A DNA stretch of 64,000 nt from Eledone cirrhosa (lineage: Eukaryota), in assembly GCA_964016885.1 (NCBI GenBank), contig OZ024740.1:71300001-71364000 (forward strand), given 5' to 3'. Position numbers and translations under genes: made by a program. The notes below the pieces were generated by a model, which was given only the letters and a program-made list of their open reading frames with translations, was not told the origin of the DNA and did no database searches. This document shows, one piece after another, positions 52,333 to 64,000 of the stretch. How positions within the stretch are numbered: the first letter of the stretch is position 1; each line of letters starts with the position of its first letter.

Positions 52333-52555
52333 CAATTGTGTTTAAACAATTATTACTGTGCATATTCTCCATCATGTACAGACCATTGAATACCACATCA
52401 GAATTGGAAAGATACATATAATGTTGAGTCCCTTCTGCTCAGTCAACCTCTTGAAATCATTATAGTTTCAGTGTATCAAGGTCTATTCATTCCTGTACAC
52501 ATTGAGTTGTGCCTTTTGGTGAATTACACAAATAAAGTTGAAAATATGTTTTTGA

Positions 52556-53083
52556 TAATAATAATAATGAAAATATTGTGTACAGTGCTCAGGTGCACTA
52601 CAACTCATCAAAAGTGTATGTATAGTACATAAGGTAATGTACAAACATCAGGAAAATGAACAGTGCATGAGTCATGATATACACATGTGTGCATGTGTAT
52701 GGAAGGAGTACATCAGGTGTAGTTTTGGCGAATTTCGGGAAGCATGAGGGTTTTAAAGGATGCAGCGTCTCGGCAGCTAACAACTGATGCAGGCAGTTTG
52801 TTCCATGCTTCAGCAATTCTAAGCATGAAAAAATGTTTCCGAAAGTCATGGGAGTTGTGCTGTTTTCTGACTTTGTAGGCATGTCCACGTGTGTTAGACA
52901 CATGGAGATCAAAAAGGTGCTCAGCGTTGTTGTTGGCGAGATGGTTAATAACTTTGTGGGTGTTTACCAAGTCCGTTGCCAGACGTCGGAGCTTGTCAGA
53001 TGCCCAGGGAAGCAAGGCGTTCAGAGTATGGTAGGTGTCTGATGGAGGGTATGCGTTTGGTTGCACGTCTCTGAACAGTTTCC
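52556..53083 (-). mobile_element. CR1-like LINE 3' end
   Basis: Near-identical to 6310-6835. Confidence 0.9.
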
Positions 53084-53245
53084 AAAAGTGCATCAACTGA
53101 AAAGGAAGAGAGATATTGGTACGGTGCACTGCAGCTTAGCCAAAGGAGAAAAAATTAGAAAGGAGAGAAATCAAAAAATAGAAAAAATATATAAACTACA
53201 GTCCAATGTACAAAGAGAAATGACATATGTATGTATGTATGTATA

Positions 53246-53850
53246 TCAGGTCACCAGTTGGTGCTACTGGTAATATGTATCCCAGTACAACCTGTCTCAT
53301 GGTCGGGTCGTTGGCGACTAAACTGGCAACCCCACCAAGGTTTCTTGGGGAGGAGGGTGACTTTGGACATCCTGCAGGACTAAAAACAAAACCTGTCAAA
53401 GGGCAAAGGAGCTCTTAAGAGTCAACGGCCATCCAAAATCACCGGAAGAGATGACCCCTTAGCCTTTGTCAAGGCAGAATTCTAGGAGAAGGAAAACTCT
53501 GATATAACACCTGCAACCCTGATGGTATCTAATGATGTTGACTTGTTCTTCTTTTTGGTAAATATCATTTTGGTTAAGAGAGTGGGACTGGCTTTGTGCA
53601 GTGCCTTTTCTCACTATAAAAGCTTCACGGCACAGGCATTTATATCTGGAGATCTTTCTGCACTTGTCGTCACATGGTACCATGGGCCCAGCACTATGTG
53701 TCAATGATTGTGAAGGGTGTAGTGTTTGTACCAGAGTTTTCAAGTCGCTGGCTGGACTAAAAAGTCACACTCGTTCAGCACATCAGTAGGGTTTCTCCTA
53801 CATGGATATAAAGTAGTGGCCGTACTCGAAAACGAGTTGGCAGCCACCAT
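53246..53850 (+). mobile_element. Non-autonomous RTE derivative, copy 4; older diverged relative at ~53870-54255
   Basis: Matches 27610-28218; reads CSVCTRVFKSLAGLKSHTRSAH*; (TATG)n flanks. Confidence 0.85.
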
Positions 53851-54796
53851 ATATGTATGTATGTATTCATTCATGGGGACATGGTAATACTCAGTTTGGA
53901 GCTCGAGCAATGAGAGACCCCCTAGTTCTTGTTAGAACATCAATCTAGGAGAAGGAAAACTCTGATATAAAATCTGTGACTTAATGGCAGCCAATGATGT
54001 TGACCTGTTCTTCTTTTTGGATAACTGTCACTGCTGTTCAGAGAGTAGGATTGGTCCTGTGCAAGGCCTATCTTCACTTTATCTAAATGAGTTTCACAAG
54101 TGTTGTGTGAGCATGGCCTTTTCTATTTTCTTTCATTGTATCATATGGAGAAAGGAATCTAAGTCCTTAGCAGAGCTTAAAAGTCGTGTTCGTGCCACTT
54201 ATGTATGAAAAAAAGGTCAAGGGATGGCAATTCTCAAAACTGAGATGCAACCTTTATATGTAGGTATATATGTGTGTGGGTATGTATGTATGGATGTATG
54301 TATGTGTATGTATGTTTCCTCTTGTTTATAGTTTCAAATCCTTCTGTATTATTCATTTTTTGCCAATGAATAAGTAGACTCCCTGCTTTGGCAATGATTC
54401 AGTTAACCTCACCTCAAAATTTATATATTTCTATCAATCTTTGTTCTTTATAACGTTGTTTCTGACAAAGTGCCATTAAATTCTCCACAGGGAGAGACAG
54501 ACATAGATGACTGAAGGCAACAGAACAATTTCTAGAAAATGGAAAGTCAAAATGAAAAAAAAAAATGGTTGTTGCCCACTTATCTCAAGTTACCCTTTTC
54601 CTGTACGGAAAACTGTGTCATGATAAACTGATAGTTTTGTATATTTGCTTCTTCATAAGGCTGCAGATTTATTATGAATAAATAATTCACACATTCTACT
54701 CCAATGATACAAGCCCAGACAGTGTGGGAGAACACTTTCTGGAGTACAGAACCCCATGCGCAAGCCACCTTGTAAACCCAGTAAATAGAATATATT

Positions 54797-55066
54797 ATCA
54801 TCATCAATTTACATCTGCTTTTCCCTGCTTGCAAGGGTGGGATGGGAACTGATTCTGGCATGATTTCTACAGCTGGATGTCCTTCCTAACACCAACCTCA
54901 TTTACAGTGAGTGCTGGGTGCTTTTTTGCCGTGGCACCTCCACGACCACTTTGCAGTGGAATGATAGGGACCCCAGTCCCTATCATCTCATTTCTACAGC
55001 TGAGTAAACTGGGGCAATGTGAAATAAAGTGTCTTGCTCAAGGAAACAACACATCACCTGGTCTGA
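54797..55066 (-). mobile_element. CORE-type SINE, 5'-truncated
   Basis: Matches 18741-19018. Confidence 0.88.
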
Positions 55067-56531
55067 TATATAGATAATATTCCTTATCATAGCTAAATGC
55101 TGAGTCTAGTTACATGGAAGTTCAGAGTAACACTATTCATCACTTAGCTATAATAAGCTATAATGGAATCAAATAATAAAGAATATTATTCCAATCTAAT
55201 TTGGTATTAAGCACCTATTCTTACCTCTGGCAACATCATGCAGATATGTCGATATATATCAAGAAAAAGAAGAGAGACAGTATCACATACAGTTTACTAC
55301 ATCACACCTATTATCTACATTTTAAAGGCATCAGCAAGTCATTATGTAACAGTTATCCAATGCATTGTCATTCGATAGGTGTTTAAATGTAAATAATGTT
55401 TTTTTTTGTTTTTGATATGCCTGCCACCGAAGAGATGTTGTCATTTCAATTTTGGACAAGCATATGCTATACAAATGCTACTAGTCTGATTTCTTTAACA
55501 AATATAGAGACAAAATATCCAAAACCTTCTTAAAACTCCTTAGTTAGCTTAAGATCATAATGATACCTTTTGAATCCCAACCCCCTCATCATCGTAAACA
55601 CAACCCACATATTACATCACTTCGTAAGTAATAACTTAAGGTACCCATAACATGGAGTGCTTATGTCAGATTACACCATAATTGGTCAATTGCTTAGATC
55701 AACCAACATTGATTATTGAAATAAATAAATATATATTTATATAAGCACATATATACATACATATATAAGTGAGTATATGAGTGCGTGTATGTGTAAAGCA
55801 ATTCTCCAAACTGTTGTGCAAGCTGGCATCACAAATGAAGTACTTCTTTAATGTATGAAACTGCATGCAAGCAACATCTGCTGTCTGTATGCATTATGTA
55901 ACTTTGTGTATTTCTGCTGATATAATACTTTTTATATATACATCACTGACACGTTTCCATTTTGATAAACTGTTATGTTTTTACTCATGTGGTTCCATCT
56001 CCTTATTTTCCTCTGTTCTCTTTCTCTCTCTCTCTGTTTCCTTCTCTTCCCTTTCTCTCATTTATCTAATTCCTCCTTTGTACTAGGCCAATTCTTCAGC
56101 CTTTTATTTTCAACCATAGTATGTAGCAGAACATTTTTCTTCAGCTCTGTAACCCAACCACATTCACTTGACAAAAGTCAACTTTATCTTCCTTCTATTG
56201 TTAACATATTGCATATTTCACATGCCAAGTCCATTGTCTATTTATTTCTAGTCATAATTTTTTACGTACATTTCTCTTATTTTGTTAAAGGACTCCTGTG
56301 AATTTTCCTGTTCATTCTTTGTTTTGTTATTGTCTCACATGCATCTAACAGAGCAATTCTCCAATCCATTGTACAAACTGGCATCACAAGTGCAGTACCA
56401 CCTTTATGCATGAAACTGCCTGTCAGCAAAGTGGCTGATGAGGTAACAATGCAGTTGTCTATTTATTTTATGTAACTGTGCACATTTTCTGCTGATACTT
56501 TACATATATGACCTTGCTTAATGTGTAGGAA

Positions 56532-58466
56532 ATCATCATCATCATCATCATCGTTTAACGTCCATCTTCCACGCTTGCATGGGTTTGGACGGGAGTTTTC
56601 CCACTTGAGGCAAGAGTGGTTGTCTTGCTCGCATAGGACTGTCTGGTGGGTTTTCTACGACTGGATGCCCTTCCTAACACCAACCACGTTTACAGTGTGG
56701 ACTGGGAGGTTTTTACCGTGTTACCTACACGGCCACATTACAGTGTGGACTGTGTGTTTTTTTGTCGTGACACCTACACAACCTCATTTGTTTCGGACTG
56801 GATGTTGTGGTACCAACATAACTTTACATTGAAAGGGGTGAAGTGGATGGGGTGGGGGTAGTGGGACGGAGGGTGTATTTTGTTAGAGGTGCCTACTGAC
56901 TGTAGTAGGTTTCACTTTGTACTTAGGTAAGGCGGGTCTTCTGTATTACTGTGTAGCGCCAAAGATCTCGGTCCAGTGACATTGTCTTGGAGAGGTGTAA
57001 GTGTGTGAGGTCGGAATTTATCAAGTCGTCCCAGGTTTTTCTGGGTCTGCCTACTCCATGGCTACCATCTATTTTTATTGCCCTGCACTTTTTTATACAG
57101 CTGTCGTCTTTCATGCGCATCACGTGACCATACCAACGTAGTCTTCTCTCGAGTAAACAACATCTGATCCCTCTTACTTCTAATTTTTCCCTTAGTTTGT
57201 TTATGCTTTGCCGTTCACGTATATTACTATTACACATCCAGCGGAGCATGCAAGCTTCGTTCCTCTCTCCAGTCTGCGTATATCCTCTGCACACAATGCC
57301 CAGGTCTCACTGCCATGCAACATTGCTGTTCGTATGCAGGCATCATACAGCCTGCCTTTCATTTTTAGAGAGAACCCTTTAGCGGCTAATAGTGGTATAA
57401 GCTCTCTGAACTTTTTCCATCCAGTTCTGACTCTAGTTACTGTACTTTCAGAGCACCCTCCACCACTGCTGATTTTGTCACCCAAGTAACGGAAGGTGTC
57501 CACTATTTCTATAGAACCCTCTGCGCAGTTGAAGGAGCTAGTATTCTGTGGGCACTTGCTGCTACTTATTGCACCAGAGCACCGGCCACATATAAAATCT
57601 ATGTTCTTAGTTAGCTTACCTGTGATCCCACTACATCTTTTATGCACCCATACTTTGCATTTGGGACATAAAATGGAGTTTCTACCTACTCCTTTCCTAC
57701 ACACTGAGCATGGCCATTTCCCGGATGGGACCGGTGCCCTATTTTCCTTCCTACAAACTAGAACTTTAGTCTTAGACAGGTTAATTTAAAGGCCTTTTGA
57801 TTCTAGGCCATGCTTCCATGTTTGGAATTTCTTCTCTAGTTCGGCCATTGATTCAGCTATGAGCGTTAGATCATCTGCGTATAGGAGTTCCCATGGGCAG
57901 CCGGTCTTGAACTCCACTGTTATAGCCTGAAGGGCAATAATAAATAGTAGGGGGCTAAGAACGGAGGCCTGATGAACACCAACTTTTACGCTAAACTCTT
58001 CACTATATTCGTTGTTAATTCTAACCTTGCTGACTGTTTCTTTATACATGGCTTGTATAGCTCTCACAAGCCATTCATCAACTCCTAGTTTTCTAAGAGC
58101 CCACCAGATAATGGAACGGGGGACTCTGTCGAAGGCTTTCTCCAAGTCGACAAAAGCTAAGAATAGGGGTTTACTTTTAGTTAGGTACTTCTCCTGTAGT
58201 TGTCGTACAATGAAAAGAGCGTCTGTGGTACTTTTGCCTGACACAAACCCGAACTGCATTTCATCTAGATCAATTCTCTCTCTGATTAGTTGCGCTATTA
58301 CTTTTTCTGTGACCTTCATGACCTGGTCGATTAATTTAATGCCTCTATAGTTACTCCTATCTAGGGCATCTCCTTTACCCTTGTAGCAGTTAATGATGAT
58401 GCTGCTACGCCAGTCCTTCGGAACAACCCCATTCTGTATGACTTGGTTTACTATCCGGGTGACCAT
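56532..58466 (-). mobile_element. RTE LINE, 5'-truncated (RT, PHD-like finger, C-terminus, 3' UTR)
   Basis: KGKGDALDRSNYRGIKL, MQFGF, FVDLEKAFDRVPR, GVHQ.SVLSPLLF, LLYADDL, CRKGVGRNSILCPKCKVWVHKRC...CGRC, FRYLG, GSETW; few frameshifts; (GAT)n tail. Confidence 0.95.
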
Positions 58467-59525
58467 GTGTGTAGAAATTCCAACCTCTGTCCCAAATGCA
58501 AACTATGGGTACACATGACATGTAGTGGGATCTTGGGAAGTAAACTTTGCATGTAGCAGTTGCACCAGAGTAGTAAGCAACAAAGAACCACAGGAAACAA
58601 GCGCTATCAAATTCTAGGAAGGTTCGGTAGAGGCAGTAGACAGCTGGACGACCAAATTAGCAGTGGAGATGGATGTTCCGAAAGCACTGTAGTTAGAGTG
58701 AGAACAGGATGGAGAAAGTTCAGGGAGCTACTACCACAAAAGGTTATTCCCTCAACATTAAGGGTAGATTGTATAATGCATGTATACGAACAGCAACGTT
58801 GCATGACAGTGAGACCTGGGCACTGTGTGCAGAGGACCTACAAAGACTGGAAAGAAATGAAGTTTTCATGCTTCGGTGGATGTGTAATAGTAATATACAT
58901 GGACGGCAAAGCATAAATGAGCTGAGAAAGAAGCTGGATATAAAAGGAGTCAGATGCAGTGTGCAGGAGAGGAGAATGTGCTGGTATCGACATGTGATGC
59001 ATGTGAAGGATGACAGCTGTATAAAAAGGTGTAGGGGGCTCAAAATTGATGGAAGCTACGGCGTAGAAAAACTTGCGATGAGGTGATAAAAGCTGACCCT
59101 GCACAATTGCACCTCTCGAAGGCGATGACACAGGATCGAGATCCCTGGCATAATGAATTCAGAAGAATCACCTTCCCATGTGCACAAGTTGAAGCATACA
59201 TCTTGTATGCACTACTTCCCTCTCCCCTTCCATACACCTCTTATGCCCTAACAACCTCTGCCCTTTTACACCTCCCATGTCCTAACACTCTATCCATGCC
59301 TGAACACACACCCCTAGATCTAGCTCCCTCCCACACTATCACGTGGTCGTGTAGGTGTCATGACAAAAAGCACTAGCACACACTGTAAATGTGGTTGATG
59401 TTAGGAAGGGCATCCAGCCATAGAAACAAAGCCAAAACCAATCCTGTATGACTCACAACGGGACAACCTATCTAACCCATGCTTGTGTGGAAAATGGACA
59501 TTAAATGATGATCATAATCATGATG
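58467..59525 (+). mobile_element. Older RTE subfamily 3' end, head-to-head with the previous element
   Basis: GCSESTVVRVRTGWRKFRELLP, KGRLYNACIRTA.LH.SETW; tail taggaagggcatccag...(gat)n. Confidence 0.88.
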
Positions 59526-59765
59526 ATATATATATATAAGGTGGTCATACTGGTGCCATGATAGCACCCGGTTCACCCTATAAGTTGGTTGGCATTAGGA
59601 AGGGCATCCAGGTGTAGAAAACGAAGCCAAAAGAAGACTATGTTAGCAAGATACGGTCACCTGAACTGTTTGACCTCATAAAATGACAGCCCATCTAATC
59701 ATTGCAAGCATGGAAAATATACATTAAACAGTGATTATATATATGTGTGTGTGTCTGTGTGAGTG

Positions 59766-59809
<44 letters not shown>

Positions 59810-59949
59810 TACATGAATTGCAGTAAATCAATAACAATTTTCAAAGTGTCTTTCCTTGTCTCATTATTGATCAAAATATTGCTTAGTGGTGCAAAAGCAA
59901 ACCTTTTTTATGGTCAACGGTTGAACCAAAGCCAAAAATTATTCTCCGA

Positions 59950-60155
59950 TAGTAACAGGAACAACAATATTAACAACTGTAGCACCAGCCATAATAACCA
60001 GAGCAACATTATTAACAAGAAAAGTAGCAACAACAGCAGCAGCACCAACAACAGTAACACCGACAGCAGCAGCAACACCAACAAGAGTAGCAGCAACACC
60101 AACAGTAGTAGCAACAACAGCAGCAGCACCAACAGTAGTACCAACAGCAGCAAAA
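59950..60155. repeat. (CAG/CAA/CAC/TAG) mosaic trinucleotide repeat; similar tract at 60448-60540
   Basis: Direct reading. Confidence 0.85.
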
Positions 60156-60475
60156 TGTCATGACAGTATTGCAAATCACCTGTAATGACTAACCAGTTAT
60201 TACTAGAGAAGACATATCTACATAATTATACAGAATACAGAACTTACTCACCTGCATTGTAATAACTAACCAATAGTAACCAGTGTAATAACTGACCGAT
60301 AACTAACCATTGTAATAACTAAGTAATAATTAACCTATTAATACAAGTGAAAACATGTTTACATAACTATACAGAACTTTCCCACCTGCATTGCTTGTCT
60401 TTAGAATAACTGACAGACTTTATGATTAATGTTTCATAACTAGCTTGTAGCAGCAGCAGCAGTAATAGTAGTAGT

Positions 60476-60507
<32 letters not shown>

Positions 60508-60795
60508 CAGCAGTAATATTAATAGTAGTAGTAGCAACAGTATCCCACGTGAAGGAGCCCCATCAGGTGAAATGGCTGATGCAGTGGGTGTTACTGGCTG
60601 TTCTCCAAAGCAATGCTTTTGCTGTTTTGTCCACAAGGTACAGTTGAGATATACAGCCCAGTCAGGAGTGTACAGTTTGTCCCTTTCATTTATTGTTTAA
60701 TATTTCTTTCTCCCTGCCTCTTTATTATTTTAATGGTTTTCCTTTTTCTTAATATTTTCATTATTGAATACTTCTGATCATGAAATATGCTTTGA

Positions 60796-60991
60796 CCCTT
60801 TAGTATTTACATTACTCTACATTTACTATTATATTTTCACAGTAAAGGCTTTACCTCACAATATCAAATCTATGAGATTTTTATATTATTTATTTTGAAA
60901 ACAATACCTTAACATCAGTATGAGCAGCCAGTTACAGCCAGTTTGAACTGAAAGCGGTGAGAGAATTCTGGCCGGTTTAAATGCTAAAGGG
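60796..60991 (-). mobile_element. piggyBac-like MITE, second copy
   Basis: ccctttagtattta...taaatgctaaaggg; internal homology to 39910-40120. Confidence 0.68.
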
Positions 60992-61139
60992 ATCTCACTC
61001 ATCTGTTACTTATTATATAGAAGATATCTCAGAATAAATTTTATTTTTCAACTTTAATAAATGTTGGTGAATAACATCTACCATATACAAACCAACTCTG
61101 ATTTGCCTGACTTCAAACATCCTCTATGTACAAAAATAG

Positions 61140-61745
61140 ACTGAACACAGTCACACTACCACACTACAACCTTCTTTGCCCACTTATTCCTGGGAAGATC
61201 AATGGACAGAATCTTCAAATACGCCTTCCAGCAGGCCGTCAGAAGCAACTGTTGCCAATTGATTTGGCTGGATCCCAAACAAGAACAGATGAACTCATGG
61301 ATGTTATTCAAGCAACTTGCTTGGTGTTTATCCCTGGGTAACCTGCTGGTTGGTTTTGCCTGTAAAATCTGTCCAGCAATTCTTTCCTCGAGACATTCTA
61401 ACCACATGCCCATAGTATCAGAACTGTGATCTCTCAATTCAGAGTAGTATCTCTACCCCTTGGAGGACCCCCTTTTGGCCGCTTGCAACCATATTCTTTC
61501 ACTCATTACCCAAGATTCATGACCACAGGTTAGGGTTGGCACAAATACCAAATTAAAGATAGCAAGTTTGCCTTTTTACAGCTACCTCTTCCTTCTGATG
61601 AACAAATGTTGATACTGGCACATTACTACACCAGCTCCTGTAATGTAGAGTTCACTGTGTAGACTTACTTGAGAGAATGAGTGTCTTAGTCTTTGTAGCA
61701 GATTTTCATTCCTGCATTCAGCAGCAAACCTATTAAGTGCATGCC
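61140..61745 (-). mobile_element. RTE-like LINE 3' fragment
   Basis: Homologous to 4960-5410 (ggttttgcctgtaaaatctgtccag, cattacccaagattcatgaccacagg). Confidence 0.65.
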
Positions 61746-62244
61746 AAAGATCACCTACACAACTAAATACTGAACAGAGTTGGACCAAAATATGTATTTG
61801 GTAAGCCTAAGAGTCAATAAATTCCATGTTAAAGATTTTTTGAAACAAAGTTAATGAGTTTCCATCAAAACATAACAACAAATCTGAAATCTTCACCAAA
61901 TACTTTGTAAACAAAGACTAAAATTACTATCTAGTGGTAAAAGTTTGACAAGTGATATTGTGTAGACAAGATATCTGGTTTGTTATGTCTAGCAAAAATT
62001 AGATTGTATTTCTTAGGGTTGGTGTTAACAATTGAACAGGATTCAGATTTGAAACAGTATCAGATAGAATGCTTTGCAGTATTTGTTCTGGATTTCTCTG
62101 TTTTATCATCTCCATGTCTATTTTACCAGCTTACACGGGTTAGACAGGCTATCACATCTATTTAAAATCCTAACAAGAAGGCATAGTCTATTATACAAAT
62201 CTCCAACTATGGTTCTGAGTCAAATTTAACTATTACTACTAAAT

Positions 62245-62542
62245 AATTGTTTCTACCCAGTACATTACTGGTACTTTATTTTATCGACCCTGTAAGGATG
62301 AAAGGCAAAGTTAACCTCGGCGGGATTTGAACTCAGACTGTAAAGGGACGTAACTATTACTACTAAATAATAATTGTTTCTACTATTGGCACAAGGCCAG
62401 CAATTACCCAGTACATTACTGGTACTTTATTTTATCGACCCCGTAAGGATGAAAGGCAAAGTTAACCTCGGCGGGATTTGAACTCAGATCGTAAAGGGAC
62501 GTAACTCTTTGCGTCCGACCCTCTATTGATACTGCCAATCCA
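62245..62542 (-). mobile_element. Two tandem Meta-type SINE copies with deletions
   Basis: Match 7393-7577; actactaaataat repeated at the junctions. Confidence 0.85.
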
Positions 62543-64000
62543 CAATACTACTAAATAATAATGTTTCTTTAAATTTAAGTGAAGGGTACAGTCATAGATG
62601 TCTATAATTAAGTCAACTGCTCCATGTACCATCATCATTGTATAATGTTCTGCTAGCAAGAGTGTGACAGTATATTATGCAGCTTCATTCCACTGGGAAT
62701 TCTTGGCACTTTACAACTATCAACAATTCTTATAAATAATTAAGTGTGTTTGTGGTGTGCACATGAATATATATATGCACATACTATATTTTTATATACA
62801 TTATTTAAAGATTCTGATAAGATAAGAAAATATACCTAATGACTTTTATGACATTTAAAGAGTCTGCTAATTATGTGTTTATAAAGAATGTTGGTACTAA
62901 TGGTGTCAGTGTACTTTATGAAAAAATACAATGAACCTTCTCTTCTACCACCACCACCACCACTATCTGCCAAATCTAAGTGAAAAGGTTCTACTTTTAG
63001 CCAGAATAACCAGTAATAGCTGGCAAAATTTGAAATAATTGGCAGTAACTTAATGAACTAGATGTAAATAATATATATAATGCAAAAGTGGGAGACAATG
63101 TAATGAGATCGCATTGATGAAGAATGGCTTTGATCAATAAATAATTTATGATTGTGCTAAGAGAATTATTCTTATCGTTATAAGGAAACACAAGTGTCAC
63201 ATGACAACCCACTTTCAGCTAACTTTGACAGGGAAATGGTAATATCTTCCTCCCTACTTAGCTTTCTATCTCACAGTATTGTCAGTGGTTAACTGCTGCT
63301 TTCTTTAGCTACCTCTCATAGGACAATAAAAACATCTATCTACCTACCTACCCACCTTTCTACCTGTCTGACATATGTATCTATTTTTAGACAATAGCAA
63401 TAACAAAAACAAATCACAAATCCCAATAACAGCCGGAAGAAAAATAGATAGATAGATCAAAATCATTATAATGTAGTGCATATGTTTGTTAATGATTAAA
63501 CAAAATATGGAAGGAAACTATTGCAATTGATTTAAATATGGCAATGGTCGGAATAACAAGGCCAAGGAAAATCAATGATTCAAGCATCTTTAAATAGAAT
63601 GTTGTAATGTAATCAAGGAATTATTGAATTAAATATTTTTTACAATAAACCCATTCATTTTTGGTAGGGATTATGCTGGTTATACAATAAATGATGAATA
63701 TAATAATTTTAGATTGCTAGGTGGCAGGATGAGAGAAAAAATAAAGCACCAGACTATATAACTTTCAATGGTTAGTTCAGTCCCTATACAATATGAAGTG
63801 TGTGGGGGGTATGAGCATTAACTCTTAATGCCCTGTACAGTATGAAATCGCATTAGCAAAATATTCTTAAAAAGTATAAAATAGCACTATGACTGAATAT
63901 TACAATACTGTTAATTTTCACAATGATCTGTCCACTAATAAAGAAACTATACTGTAAATATTTGAGTTAACTCTTCTCTGCACACCTATTCCTGAAAGGG

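Noticed and set aside
59747-60636. Poly-Leu or Ser/Asn-rich ORFs and a minus-strand splice donor near 60250
   Set aside because: Trinucleotide repeats; no coherent exon with an acceptor or recognisable protein.

Overview
AT-rich, microsatellite-dense eukaryotic DNA with no recognisable host exon. The repeat content is most consistent with an octopus (coleoid cephalopod) intron or intergenic region; this is inferred, not proven. The window is mostly transposon debris: CR1/L2-group, RTE, R4/Dong and Tx1-like LINEs, three kinds of Penelope-like elements (PLEs), tRNA-derived CORE- and Meta-type SINEs, a Tc1/mariner relic and piggyBac-like MITEs. A ~20 kb nested pile (18.6-38.8 kb) has built up inside TA/TATG microsatellites. 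Most notable: (1) a GC-rich island at 23787-24103 is an RTE 3' UTR copy with roughly 75 A->G substitutions and avoidance of A after G. This looks like an ADAR hyper-edited RNA written back into the genome. (2) Two related non-coding 430-470 nt tandem-repeat families each carry a minimal hammerhead ribozyme with a palindromic CUAG loop (retrozyme-like, probably PLE-mobilised). (3) Inverted fold-back duplications recur around (AT)n tracts, and one brackets the whole 20 kb pile. (4) A bipartite non-autonomous RTE sits next to the 3' end of its likely partner LINE. All alignments and counts were done by eye.
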